From: Lama guanicoe
Taxonomy: Eukaryota
Assembly (NCBI GenBank): GCA_013239625.1
Contig: MU053645.1
Location: 1,542,274 to 1,606,273, forward strand
Reading direction: 5' to 3'
Length of the DNA: 64,000 bases
The notes beneath the pieces are model-generated. The model was given only the letters and a program-made list of their open reading frames with translations, had not been told where the DNA came from and did not search any database. The stretch's first letter is position 1; every line of letters begins with the position of its first letter. Position numbers and translations under genes: made by a program. Of this stretch, positions 1 to 13,729 are shown piece by piece.

Positions 1-2096
1 GAACTAGGAAGACTTAAAACGAAATCATTGTGCTGCTCAGAGGCTCAACGCAGGCTCTGATCTCCTGATGCCTGATTCTGCTCAGAGATCCCCATGCTTA
101 GCTGGCCGGGAGAGAAAAGTGCTGGTGGGGAAAGTGTCACACTTGAAACTGCCTCTGTGTGAGGGCCAGGCGTGAATGCTGGTATTTCACTACGGCCTTA
201 TGACGGTGGACGTCGGTGTCATCTCTAAGGGTAGCCGTATCCCTGTATGTCTCACCAAGGAGGCTTGATTCCCATTTAGAAACCAACTCCTTCTGGAGGA
301 AAAAGCCATCAAGGAGGACCCCATATGGACCCAAGCAGAGCCCCCGTGGAGGCAACTTGCAAGATCTGCACACCCACTCTAGCAGACACATTAGCAACCT
401 AGCCGAGTGGAGAGTTGCCAGTCGAAACATTTGCCAACCCAACTGGGCTCCCAAATGTTTATGCGGATGGTACAACCTTCTGTCTCCGAGTGACTGGAGA
501 TGTGTCACGGAGGCTCTCTTTCTAAATGGAGCCTGAGATAAAGGCTCCAGAGTAAACCTCGCCTAGGAGCGCATATTCCAGGGGCCCCTCCACCTGTCAC
601 TATGAAAAAGAAAGGAGTTTAACATTTGGACCCTCAGGCCAAGCTAATTGCTGCTGCTTGGAAGGTCAGTCTTGGCAAGAGTATAACTAGCACATCATAC
701 CCGTGATCCGATGGATGTTATGGGTTAGTACGAGGCTGCAGTTAGAAGGTGACTCCATTTGAAATTGATTAAAAAAGAATTTAGTAAATAATGGTATTGA
801 TGGTATTGAAATGGCAAAAATCCATGAAGGAGGCCCTCCTGTGATCCATATTTGGGAACCCCACACTCCCAGAGGAGTATTGCCACAGTGGAAATCCCAG
901 GAAGCGGGGCAGGCCTGTCGGGGAGAGGCATAGTCTCTGGGAGCAGACCCCTGTCCCCTCACCCTGGACTTCCCAGGAGTTGGCCCAGCCTGCCTGTAAT
1001 GAAGGGCACACACTGCAAAGCCAGAAAGAGGGAGCCTCATGCTCGGGGACAGGAGCCAAATTCTCCCTGACCTGTAGAAACCTGAGCAGGGCTTCAGAGC
1101 TGGGTCTCCCACCAGCCCAGAGAGTGGGTGATGGGTTTCACTCAAGAGTTGAAGCCAACCTTTACTTTTGTTTTCTTTTCCACTTTCCCCCATTTTATCC
1201 ATCCTATAAAAATCTCCAACCTTGTTAAGCTAACCAGATAATTTATGTGAATTAGCACTAGAGGATTCCTGGATCGCAGAGCACAAATGCTTAAAATAAG
1301 TGAATTGCCTACTTAGCTTAGGAAACGTTTTCTTTAACGGGATGGGTAAAACACTGCTGGCTGGGAAGAGGAGCTGCTTCTTGCTCACCTCCCAATAAGA
1401 CTACCATAGTTCACAGACTTGGAGTAGAAAAAGGAGGCAGTAACAAGAGGAATTACAACCCCGACACAGAGGCTGACAGGCACGATGAACATACTCCGGG
1501 GAACTCTGCCAGGACACAGGAGGCTTCCGTCTCATCTGAGTATGTCTGAGCCCATGACAGGTCCCCTCCCGCCACTGCAGAAGCCCCCCAGAGCTGACAG
1601 CACTCTAAAATGGTTCCAAATCAGCAAATGTGCACTCAGAGTATATACCAGAGAACATATATTTAAAGTCCTACACTTGGAATTCACCCTGCCTGCAACA
1701 AACCACGCACAGACCTCAGCCCATGGCTCTGACTCTTCCTTAGCAGGACCTGGTCCTTCACTCATTGGAATAAAAAGATAATTCGCAAATCGTTTTCTTT
1801 AGGGTAAATAAAAGCACCGCTAAAATGAGCTACAGTTCTCATTTCCACCCGGCCTCCCTTCAGAACACCACCATCGCCATAAGTGAAAATAGAACTTTGG
1901 TTCAGGCATTTCGAATTGTTCTCACCAGAAATACAAACTACTTCTGTCTGTCCACCAAGCGCATACAATGTAAATACGCCAGCATTAGATTTTTTAAAGG
2001 GTGGACATAGATTTTAAAAAGAATTCATCATCTCTATACCTCCTTCATGTTCATTTGGATCAGCAGTCATATAATTATTGCCCAACCCTTAAGAAA

Positions 2097-2175
2097 CCAG
2101 GTTCAATCCCCAGTACCTCCATTAAAAATAAATAAACCTGATTACACCTCCCCCCCAAAAAAACAAATAAAAAAC
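2097..2175 (+). mobile_element. 5'-truncated vic-1-like tRNA-derived SINE
   Basis: B-box GGTTCAATCCC, then agtacctccatt-aaataaataaacct-attac-ctcccccc and an A tail, as in the other copies. Confidence 0.75.
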
Positions 2176-2339
2176 GTTTAAAGTAGGGGATATTCCTTAA
2201 AATGGATCAAACCCTGGGGGAAGGTGCAATAGAGGGGTAGAGGATTTTTTAAAAAGGTTATTAAAGTGCTAATTTCCCTCTTAGATTTTGACTCTACATT
2301 CAAATTCATTCTCTTTCCCCAAAACTTGATCCTTGTCAT

Positions 2340-3840
2340 ATTCGTAACTGTGTGAGGAGATAGATGTTCACTAAATATTGTGACAATCATTTCACAATAT
2401 ATGTATGTTAAATCATTAGGCTGTACACCTTAAACTATTACAGGGCTGTATGTCAATTATATCTCAATAAAACTGGAATAAAATAAAATAAAATAAATTA
2501 AAAAAAAACTTTTGCTCTTCCAAAGACCCCACTAAGAGGATGAAAAGACAAGCTACAGACTAGGAGAAAATATCTGCAAATCACATAACTAATAAAAAAT
2601 ATCTAAAATATATATATAAAGAACTCTCAAAACTCAACAGTAAAAATACAATCCATTTAGAAAATAGACAAAAGACATGCACAGACACTCACCAGAGAAG
2701 ATATAGAGATGGCAGATAAGCACACGAAAAGATGTTCATCATCATCAGCCATTAGAAAAATGCAAATTTTCTTAATGAGAGATCCACAATGAGATATCAC
2801 TGCACACCTATCAGAATGGCTAAGAAAAAAAATGTTGGCGAGGATGTGAATAAACTCTGTTAATGGTATTGGTAGGAATATAAACTTGTACAGTCACCCA
2901 GGAAAATTATTTGGCAATTTATTAAAAAACTAAACAATCAACTACTGTAAGACCCAGATATCACATACTTGGGGATTTATAGCAACTAAATGAAACTGAT
3001 GTTCACACAAAAACCTGTCCATGAATATTCACAACATCTTTTATTCATAATAACCAGAAACTAGAAACAATTCAAATGTCAGTAACAGGTGATGGTTAAG
3101 CAACACTACTAAGGAACAAAAAGGAACAAACTGCTGATACAAGCAACAACCTGAAATAGATCTCAAGGGAATTATGCTGAGTGAAGGAAAAAAAGCCAGT
3201 TTCAAAATGCTTTGTGCTGTATGATTCCATTATAACATTCTCAAAGTGACAAAATTATAGAGATGGATAATAGATCAGCGGGTGCCCGGAGTAAGGGCAC
3301 TATGAAGGGGGTAATACCAGGGAGCTTCTTTAGGGTGATGGAACAGTTCTGTGTCCTGTTTGTCATAATCACTACACAGATCTATCCATGCGATAAAATT
3401 TCATAGAACTACACACACACACACACACACACGGTGAATCTGATTACGTTTTGTTTTTGAGTTAATGCAGTGGTTCTCAACCATAAGCAATGTTGCCCAC
3501 CCCCAGCGGACACTGAGTAAAATCTGGAAATATTTTTGTTTGTGAAAACTGAAGCAAGGTATTGTTACTGGTGTCCAGTGGATGGAGATCAGGGATGCTG
3601 CTAAATATCCTGAAATGTACAAGACAGCCCACCCCACCCCACCACAAAGCATTACCCAGTTCAAAATGACAATAGTGCCAAGGTTAAGAACCACTGAGTT
3701 AATACTATTCTACCAATATCAATGTTTCTGGTTTTGACAAAGCACAATGGTTATATCAGTTATTATCATTGAGAAAAGCTGGGTGAAAGGTACAAAGGAA
3801 CTCGCTGTACTAATATTTTTACAACTTCTTGTGAGTCAAA
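2340..3840 (+). mobile_element. Cluster of old L1M 3' fragments, interrupted by (CA)n and a MER20-like element
   Basis: L1 3' end with A-tail at ~2340-2508, then degenerate ORF2 C-terminal and 3' UTR sequence. Boundaries approximate. Confidence 0.75.
3468..3696. mobile_element. MER20-like hAT-Charlie non-autonomous DNA transposon
   Basis: TIRs CAGTGGTTCTCAACC / GGTTAAGAACCACTG, with 8-bp TSD agttaatg / agttaata. Confidence 0.85.
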
Positions 3841-4123
3841 CTATTCCAAAATAAAAAGTTAGACTAATTAATGCTTTTACTATGACTACTACTACTACTG
3901 CTATTAATAATAATAATAACTCTCCAGCAACTCCCCATTGCTCTAAAGATAAAACCCAAACTTCTAAACATATATTCCATAACCCAGGTCAATCTCCACC
4001 TCTCACTAGGTGTGTGAACTTGGGCAACTCAAGCTCTCTAATTCTCAGTTTTCTCATCTATTGTAAAGTGGAAATGAGAATGTCATTAGAATGATGTGAA
4101 TTAATGTTCACAAAAGCACTCTA

Positions 4124-4154
4124 TTTTTTGTTTGTTTTGGGGGGGTCATTAGGT

Positions 4155-4198
<44 letters not shown>

Positions 4199-4272
4199 TG
4201 GCGGTACTGGGGAGTGAACCCAGGACCTTATGCATGCTAGGCACATGCTCTACCACTGAGCTATACCCTCCT
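4124..4272 (-). mobile_element. vic-1-like tRNA-derived SINE with an expanded (TTTA)n
   Basis: The reverse complement starts GGAGGGTATAGCTCAGTGGTAGAGC (A box) and contains GGTTCACTCC (B box). Degenerate TSD aaaagcactct / aaaacactct. Confidence 0.85.
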
Positions 4273-5153
4273 GCCCTATGAAAACACTCTTTTTAAATTA
4301 GGAACTTCTATACAAACATGAAGAACTTTTATCACTTTCCAGCGCTGGCTCCCATGTCTCCCCTAGCTCATCTCCAGCCAAACTGAACTATTTGCTGGCC
4401 CATAAATATGCTCTGTCTGTGTCACCTTCATTTTGAGTTATCTGCCTAGACTCTTACCCCCATGTCTGAACTCTCCCCATTGAAATTCTTCCCACAAGTA
4501 ATCCATGCACAAAAATGCACGGGTTATAAAATAAGAGGGAAAAGAAAAACTTAAATGTTTAACGTTGGAGAAAATGATTAAGAAAACTGGTAATCTAGCC
4601 TAGGGCCTGAAACCTATTCACTCATTCAACAAATATTTATTGAGCATCTATTATGTGTCAAGTAATTTGCTTGACACTGAAATACAAAAGCATGTATGCT
4701 TGGCAATAAATACTGGTGGAATGATTGAATGAAAGAATGAATAACAGACTATCATGCTTTAATCGTTATCACCTCAATGATAGACAAAGTGATGGGCGAG
4801 TTTATTTTATTTCATATCATTTTGGCTTCTTTATACTTTCCAAACTTATCACAGCAATCATTCATTACGTTTGTAATTAGAAGGGAAAAAGTATTTATTC
4901 TTAAAAAGTAAAAAAAGAATTCCAGACCATACTTCAAGATTCATTTCAAATTCCACCTCTTCCATATGTTTCCAGATCTGTACTAAATATGAACTCTCCC
5001 TCCTTTGAACTTCCATAAGATTTCTTTGCTCCTCTCCTGTGGCATATGCCTCGTTTGGCTTAGTATTATAATCTCTTATATATTTTCTTTCTCTCCTGGC
5101 CTTGCTCACCTCTGTGACTCTTGTACACAGTATTTGGACACTGAGTTGGAATA

Positions 5154-5177
5154 CACACACACACACACACACACACA
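5154..5177. repeat. (CA)n microsatellite; others at ~3412-3432 and ~19829-19861, plus (ACT)n(AAT)n at ~3885-3920
   Basis: Read directly. Confidence 0.9.
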
Positions 5178-5734
5178 GAGTAAGGAGGAAAAGGAGGCTA
5201 ACAGTGGGGAAGGATAAACGGACAGGATGGAAGAGCCTTCTTAAAGCAGACAGGAATTCCAAGGGCCTTGCCAGACAGTGCTTCAGACAGAGAGAAGAGT
5301 CTGATGCTGAATGGTTTCTCAAATCACATCTAAGCTCATCACGTAAACCTCAGACCTTTCCTAGGAAGCACTTGGCCATCTCAGGGTTGGTCTCTTGGGA
5401 ATGCCTGGTGAGCTGGGAGGAAGATTACAGGATGGAGGCAACACTGAGCAAGGTCAGCTAGCAAAAGTCTGCAGAGTCTGGGCCTGGGGTGAGGCTGGCC
5501 ACCCCTATGCAAATTCTCTGTATTTACCAACCAATCAACAAATCCTGACTGAATGCCTACTATGAACTCAGCACTGCATTGAGGAACACTAAAAATCGTA
5601 TGAAGTGTAAGGAGGTCACAATCTAATCGAGACGTCAAAACACATGTCTATATCCACACATAACCACACATTCATGCATTTGTGTCCGCATACGTTTAAA
5701 GGTAACTCACATTCAGGCAGTGTGTGATAACAGA

Positions 5735-5995
5735 TACATGCTACTAAATATAAAATAGATAAACAACAAGGTCCTATTGTATAGCACAGGGAACTACATT
5801 CAATAGCTTATAATAACCTATAATGAAAAAGAATCTGAAAAAGAATATTTGTGTGTGTGTGTGTGTGTGTGTATATATACATATAGACAGATAGACAGAT
5901 AGATGTGTATAACTGAATCTCTATCCTGTACACCAGGAACTAACACAACATTGTAAATCAACTATACTTCAATTAGGAAAATAAATTAAATAAAT
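5735..5995 (+). mobile_element. Truncated L1 3' end with (TG)n/(GATA)n microsatellite
   Basis: tgtatagcacagggaactac...caactatacttcaatt, similar to the 3' UTR of the 7860-13269 L1. Confidence 0.85.
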
Positions 5996-7544
5996 AGTTC
6001 AGACAGAAGTGCCATAATAGCTCAGAAGACAATAAGAGTGTTGCGGGCTGGGGGGATGGCAGAACTTCCCACAAGAGGTGGGAATGGAGCTAGAATTTGA
6101 AGTAGCTGAAACCAAGGGTAATTAGAATATTAAATTTTTCCTTCATCCTAAAGTAGACTGAAAGCAAAGTACTTTTCCAGATGATAGCCAGGATCAAGAA
6201 GATCACGAAAAGTTTCTCTCTGAAGGAGCCCTGTAGAGAACGCAGCAGCAGGGAGCAGGCCTTGTGAGACTTGAGCCCAGGGTGCCCTAGGTAAGGAAAT
6301 CCTTAGTGGTGGTGTCTGATGCATCAATGCTTGTAGCCATTGACAGCAGTCATTCTACAAGCTTGATGGTCACATTGTCCACAGAAATGAGGCGGAATGT
6401 AAAGAAATATCATGGAATTTTATCCTTGACTCCTGGTTACAGCAGAGACCCAGCCCCTAGACTGGAATTTCGTGTGCAAACGATTCAGTTCCATAGAACC
6501 AACCTGAAGGATACGTGGTATTCCAAGACTGGACAGGAAATGCAGAACTTGGTCACTTTTATTGGCCACATAAAATCACCAGGAGTAACAGATATCTCCA
6601 GGCTGTCTTTCCTTCCCTCCTGTCCTCTCTAAAGGCTAGGACTACATATGCCAATAGCCTCAGGGAGCTTTCCTCTCACTTTGACAGTGTAGACGTGGTC
6701 TCAAGAGTCTGAAGGAATGACAGACAACTGTAGTTCTCCCAAAGGTAGGTATGAGAAGCCTCCATAGGCCTTTTAGATCTCTGAGAAATAATGCCTAGTC
6801 TTTCCAAAAAAGCCAGAGTTTTGGCTTCTGACATGAATGAATAATCTATTTATGATATTTACTAAAAACTGACATCACACCACCAGCATTTCCTCAAAAG
6901 CCACCCTACTCTTCCCACCAGTCTTTCTGTGGTGGATTATCAGGGGTGCTTGTAGGAGCTTTTGATAGAGGTCTGAAAAACGTCCAAAGCCCTGACTAGA
7001 GTCCCCTTGATGAAAGAAGTAAGAATTAGAAACCAGATAATGCTATGAATGGGCTCCTGCAGGCCTCAAGGAACAGAAAATCCCTCCCTTGCACCCTCAC
7101 TGCTGGCCATAGCTGGGACAGATGAGTCCCACTGGCAGCAGAAACATAATCCATGAGTATGAAATTTCTATAATATTACAGCTCTCTTTACTGCATGGGA
7201 CGTTAAAACCCAGCTAGACATTGCCTCAGTTTACAGAGCAGAATAAAGACCACAGGTCTTTATTAGTTCCTTCATGAAGGGATGATTGCTAGGCAGAAGG
7301 ATTCCTCATGGGTAGAGTGGTTTAACATGAAATGTGGTTTTCAAGAGCACATCCCTTGTGTAAAGCCCACTAAGCCTGCATCAGCCCGTCAGCCTTCAGC
7401 AAGGGGAGGGCAGGAAAGTGTGTCATCTTGGTGTAGTAGTGCCAAAGCCACACCTCGGTCACCCCAAGCCTTTGTATAGGGACATCAGCTCCATATTATC
7501 CTGGTATTTAGCTCCTGGAGGTGGGTGTCTAATGCCTCCAAGTA

Positions 7545-7859
7545 AGAGGAATGAAATACTGATTCATGCTACACTGTGGATGAACTTAACAGTATGCTAA
7601 ATGAAAGACACAGAAAGCCACATACTGCATAATTTCATTTATCTGATATGTCCAGAATAGGCAAATAGAGAGAGACAGAAAGTAGACTCATGGTTGCCAA
7701 GGGCTGGAGAAGGTGGAAATGGGGAGTGAGTACTTACTGGGGACAAGTTACCTTTTGGAGTGACGAAAATGTTCTGGAACTAGATAGTGGTGATGATAGC
7801 ATAGCATTATGAATGTACTAAATGCCACTGAATTGTACACTTTAAAATGGTTAAGATGG
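7545..7859 (+). mobile_element. Old L1M (L1MB-like) 3' end, left part; continues at 13286-13325
   Basis: Typical L1M 3' UTR text (gaaatactgattcatgctaca...gtacactttaaaatgg) resumes after the younger L1 as taaattt...ttttaccacaataaaaa. Confidence 0.85.
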
Positions 7860-10800
7860 CCTTTCCTGAAGAGTGGTCAAGATGGCGGAGTAGAAGGACA
7901 CTCTTAGCTCACCATCTCCCAGGAATACACAAAGAGAGACATCCACGGACCCACTCATTCACTCAGAACACCTGCTGAACTTTGACAGAACATCACCTTC
8001 TTCAAAAGACAAAATTCATCACAAATCTGATAGGAGGGAAAAAAACAAAGGAAAAGGAAATTAGTGCGGGAGCTGTCCCAAGGTGGGGGGAGCAGCAAAG
8101 GAGGAATAGCGCTCGTACGCTGGGTCTCCCCCTCTCCAAGGAAGAGGTCAGTAGGACAGAGGAGGAACCTCCAAGGCTCCGATCTGTGCACAACAGCCCT
8201 TGACCGACAAAGTGAAATGGGCACAAAGGGTCCCTGTGACCCCCAGCCCTAGACGCGAACCGGCGGGGGTGGGACAGGACAGGCTGCCCAAGCCAGGCGG
8301 GGGACTGAGGACCATGGTACAGAGACATCAGGGGACTGGAGGGTGCTGTGCGCCTTGACTGGAAGGGTATACAGAACAGAACAGCCTGGTCCCCCATTAA
8401 AAAAAGAAACGAAGCAAGCAAGCAAGCAACACTGCTGGCGAGCGTTGGGGGGAGGGGCGCCATAGCCTTTGTCTCTACAGACCCAGGGCACCGTTACTGG
8501 CACGTTCGGGAGAAGAGAGGCGGGGTTCGGCCACAGCCACCATATTCACTGGTGTGCAGCTGCTAGGTGGAGGTGGGGTTGAAACCTGAATCCATACCCA
8601 GGGGCTCCGCAACTTCATAGGCGGGACTGAGATCTGTTTACAGCCCCTGGCAGAGGGGACCCTTCTGCTCCAGGGGTGCCTTTGTGGACCCGCGCCTCTA
8701 AGACAAACGAGCAAGGAGGGGAGTTCTGGCACACAGCGGGGGTGAGGACACAAATGCAGCCATTTCCTGGGAGTCCACCTACTGCGCGCGGACGCGGCTC
8801 TGGGAGCGGCGCTGCACGGCAGTGCAACCCACAGGCTTCTGGAACAGTCGAGCGGAGTTCGCGCAGCAGGGCGAGGGCAGGGGCAGAGTTTGGCGCTGAC
8901 CCAGTAGTGCACCATGATCCAGGTGTGGAGCCCAGAAGTCGGCGTAACTGCACTGGTAGCTCTGAGGGCAAAGAACCTGGGGGACACGAGAGCAGCGCAC
9001 TGACATTTTCCACAGCTTAAGCAGAGACAAGGGCAGAGTCCACAAAGAGTACTTAAAGGACTCCAACCGCGCCACTACACATGGCAGCTCAGAAACAGGT
9101 CTGGAAGCCTCCATCCCAACAAAAGGGGAACAGACCTGGCCCCTGTCAGGGCTGTGACAACCACAGAACAAAAAGGAGTCCCTGCTCAACAATAAGGGCA
9201 GGCTCTGGTCACCACAACACCGGCTACACCCCCAATCAAAGGGATAACAGCTAACACACACGGAAGCAAGATGTGGCAACCATCCATAATAAAAACAGAC
9301 CTCGTGACAAAATTATTAGGGGCACAGGGTCTACACAGGAATGCATTCTCTTTTTTTTTTTCACTTAAAATTTTTAAATTTTTTTATTGTTTTTTCTCTT
9401 TTTTTAATTTTTCTTTTTTTAATTTTTAAAAATTGTTTAAAAAGTATTTTTGGTTTTGGTTTTGTTTTGTTTTGTGTTTTGTTTTTGGTTTTATTTCCAC
9501 ATCCTTTTTTTAAAAAATCTCTTCAAGACCACAGTAGATCACTGATACTCCATAATCCATAGTGCCAGAGAGATATAAGTAAAATGAAGAAGCAGAGGAA
9601 CCACTCCCAATTAAAAGAAGAAGAGAAATCCCCTGAAAGAATGATCAATGAAATAGACCTCGATAGTCTACTAGATCATGACTTCAAAAAGGGAGTAATC
9701 AAAGCACTGAAGAAAGTAAAAGAGACTATGAATAGAGGCAGAGAATACTTCAAAAAGGAAATTAAAACTATAAAGAGGAGCCAATTAAAAACAGAAAACT
9801 CAATGGCAGAGATAGGAACCAAGCTAAAGGGTGTCAAAGGCACACTAGACAATGCAGAGGAATGAGTAAGTGACTTAGAAGACAGGATAACAGAATCACC
9901 CAATCAGAACAGAAGACAGAAAAGCAAATAAAAAACAATGAAAGCAATATAAAGGACCTATGGGATAATACAAACCATGTGAAACTATGCATAATACGGA
10001 TCCCAGAAGGAGAAGAAAGAGAAAAAGGTATTTAAAAGGTATTCGAAGAAATCATGACTGAAAACTTCCTAAACCTAAAGAAGGAATCAGATATCCAATA
10101 CAGGAAGCACAGAGGATCCCCAGTAAGAGGAACCCAAATAGACCTACACCAAGACATTATAATCAAGATGGCCAAGGTTAAAGATAAAGAAATGATTCTA
10201 AAGGCAGCAAGAGAAAAATGAAGAGTGAGTTACAAGGGAACTCCCATAAGGCTTTCAGCTGATTTCTCTACACAAACACTGCTGGCCAGAAGAAGAAAAG
10301 AGAGAGAACACAAATAAATGAATTAAGAAAGGAAAATGGATAAATTACAACCAATACCACAGAAATAAAAAAAAAATCATAAGGTAATCCTATGAACAAC
10401 TATATGGAAACAGATTGGACAACCTAGAAGAAATGGACAAGTTTCTGGACACATACAGTTCACCAAGACTGAATCAAGAAGAAATAGACCACTTGAACAG
10501 ACTGATCACTAGAAATGAAATAGAATTTGCAATTAAAAAACCTCCCTACAAACAAAAGTCCAGGGCCAGATGGCTTTACTGGGGAATTCTATCCAACATA
10601 CAAAGAACTCATACCGGTCCTTCTCAAACTCGTCCAAAAGATTGAAAAGGAGGAAGTACTCCCAAAGTTATTCTATGAAGCCACCATCACCCTGATACCA
10701 AAACCAGACAAAGACACTACTGAAAAAGAAAATTACAGGCCAATATCACTGATGAACATAGATGCAAAAATCCTCACTGAATCCAACAGCACATAAAAAA

Positions 10801-13269
10801 GATCATACACCATGATCAAGTTGGATTCATCCCTGGAACACGAGAAGGATTCAATATATGACAGTCAATCAGTGTGATACACCACATTCACAAAAGAAAG
10901 GACAAAAACCACATGATCATCTCAATAGGTACAGAAAAAGCAATTGATAAAATTCAACACCCATTTATGATAAAAACTCTTACCAAAGTGGGTATAGAGG
11001 GAACATATCCCAACATAATAAAAGCTATTTATGACAAACTTACAGCCAGCTTAGCACTCAGTGGTGAAAAACAGAAGCCTTCCCATTAAAATCTGGAACA
11101 AGACAAGGATGCCCACTCTCACCACCTCTATTCAACATAGTCTCAGAAGTCTTAGCCACAGCAATCAGGCAAGAAAAAGAAATAAAAGGGATCCAAATTG
11201 GAAGAGAAGAGGTAAAATTGTCACTATATGCAGATGACATGATACTATATGTAGAAAACCCTAAAAGTTCCACAGAAAAACTACTAGAGCTGATAAAAGA
11301 ATTCGTCAAGGCAGCAGGATACAAGATTAACATACAGAAATCAGTTGAATTTCTTTACACTAGCAATGAATTATCAGGAAAAGAAAGTTAAAAAGCAATC
11401 CCTTTTAAAATTGCATCCAAAACAATAAAATCTTTAGGGATAAATCTGACCAAGGAGGTGAAAGACTTATACATGAAGAACTACAAAACACTGATTAAGG
11501 AAATTAAAGATGACTTAAAGTAATGGAAAGATATCCCATGCTCTTGGATCGGAAGAATCAATATTGTTAAAATGGCCATACTACCCAAGGCAATCTACAG
11601 ATTTAATGCAATCCCTATCAAATTATCCAGGACATTTTTTACAGAACTAGAACAAACAATCTTAAAATTTATATGGAACCACAAAGGACCCAGAACTGCC
11701 AAAGCAATACTGAAGAAAAAGAATGAAGCTGGATGAATAACCCTTCCAGACTTCAAACAATACTACAGAGCTACAGTAATCAAAACAGCATGGTATTGGC
11801 ATAAAAACAGACATATAGATCAATGGAACAGAAGAGAGAGCCCAGAAATAAACCCACAGACCTATGGTCAATTAATATTCAACAAAGGAGGCCAGAATAT
11901 ACAATGGAGAAAAGACAGTCTCTTCAGCAAGTGTTGTTGGAAAAACTGGACAGCAGCATGTAAATCAATGAAGTTAGAACACTCACACTCCATACAAAAA
12001 TAAACTCAAAATGGCTTAAAGACATAAATATAAGACAAGACATGATAAATCTCCTAGAAGAAAACATAGGCAAAACATTCTCTGATATAAATCTTAGCAA
12101 TGTTCTCCTAGGGAAGTCTACCCAGGCAGTAGAAATAAGAGCAAAAATTTTTAAATGCGACCTAATTAAGTTTATAAGCTTTTGCACAGCAAAGGAAGCC
12201 ATAAGCAAAACAAAACAACAGCCTATGCAATGGGAGAAAATATTTGCAAATGATACAACTGACAAAGGCTTAATTTCCAGAATATATAAACAATTCATAC
12301 AACTTAATAAGAAAAAAAAACAACCCAATCCAAAAATGGACAGAGGACCTAAACAAGCATTTCTCCAAGGAAGACATACAAATGGCCAATAAGCACATGA
12401 AAAAATGCTCAATATCACTAATTATCAGAGAAATGCAAATCAAAGCTATGATGAGGTATCACCTCACACCAGTCAGAATGGCCATCATTTAAAAGTCCAT
12501 AAACGATAAATGCTTAAGAGGGTGTGGAGAAAAGGGAACCCTCCTATACTGCTGGTGGGAATGAAGTTTGGTGTAGCCATTATGGAAAATAGTATGGAGA
12601 TTCCTCAAAAGACTAAAAATAGACTTACCATATGACCCAGGAATCCCACTCCTGGGCTTGTATCCAGAAGGAAATCTACTTCAGGATGACACCTGCACCC
12701 CAATGTTCATAGCAGCACTATATACAATAGCCAAGACATGGAAGCAACCTAAATGTCCATCAACAGATGACTGGATAAAGAAGGTGTGGTATATTTATAT
12801 AATGGAATACTACTCAGCCATAAAAAATAATGTCATTTGCAGCAACGTGGTTGGACCTAGAGATCGTCATTCCAAGTGAAGTAAGCCAGAAAGAGAAAGA
12901 AAAATATCATATGATATCATTTATATGTGGAATCTTAAAAAAAAAAGAACACTATAAACTCATCTACAAAACAGAAACAGACTCGCAGAAATAGTAAACA
13001 ATTTTACGGTTTTCAAGGAAAGGGGGTGGGAAGGGATAAATTTGGGAGTTTGAGATTTACAAATGTTAGCCACTATATATAAAAATAGCTTTTAAAAAAG
13101 TTTCTTCTGTATAGCACAGGGAACTATGTTCAGTATCTTTTAATAACCTTTAATGAAAAAAATGTGAAAACTAATATATGTATGTATATGCATGACTGGA
13201 ACATTGTGCTGTACACCAGAAACTGACAGATTGTAATTTACTATACTTCAATAAAAAATTTTAAAAAAT
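7860..13269 (+). mobile_element. LINE-1 with both ends (5' UTR, disrupted ORF1, disrupted ORF2, 3' UTR) and an internal deletion
   Basis: 5' CAAGATGGCGG (YY1-type motif, 7878-7888) and a CpG-rich 5' UTR. ORF1 starts at 9584 (MKKQRNHSQLKE). ORF2 motifs [22 protein letters not shown]-rich tail. Perfect 16-bp TSD AAAATGGTTAAGATGG at 7844-7859 and 13270-13285. Multiple stops and frameshifts. Confidence 0.95.
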
Positions 13270-13729
13270 AAAATGGTTAAGATGGTAAATTTTACATATG
13301 GTATATTTTACCACAATAAAAATTACATTCATCTTTTAGTTCCGTTTCTAGAAATTCTATTTGGTCCTTTTTTGAATTTATTTATTTATTCCTTGTGTTT
13401 TTTATGTTTTCTCATTGATTTAAACATGATAAACACTTTTCAAATAGCTTGCATCTGATAAGAAGGCATTGGAGAGCTACATCTTTAGTTTATTGTTTGT
13501 ACTGATGGTGGCTTTCTTAAAAGTTGTGGGCATGTTTGGCTGGGCTTGATCTGTGAGAATCTTGTTAAAGTCTCTGTTAGGGGTAGACGCCTCCAGCAAG
13601 GACCAGATTTGCTTCTACCACATATCTGGATTTGCCTCTAAAACTGAATTGGGCTATGCTAATAGTATTCACTTGAACTCCAAAACCACATGAGGGCAGG
13701 CTTGTGATTGCAAACATCAAAGAACGCCA

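Noticed and set aside
1..1230. Several 60-170 aa ORFs, and a faint resemblance to a decayed LTR-element interior around 740-900
   Set aside because: No recognisable protein motif or splice structure. The resemblance is too weak to call without a Dfam search.
6181..6632. Exon-like segment 6181-6290 (ttttccag...ctag|gtaagg) and the adjacent 108-aa ORF
   Set aside because: Weak pyrimidine tract, no recognisable product and no partner exons.
7955..9279. Many overlapping ORFs on both strands, including possible ORF0-like antisense ORFs
   Set aside because: They lie in the GC-rich L1 5' UTR, where stops are scarce, and most have non-ATG starts.
9584..12940. L1 ORF1/ORF2 as active genes
   Set aside because: Premature stops, frameshifts and loss of the endonuclease domain.
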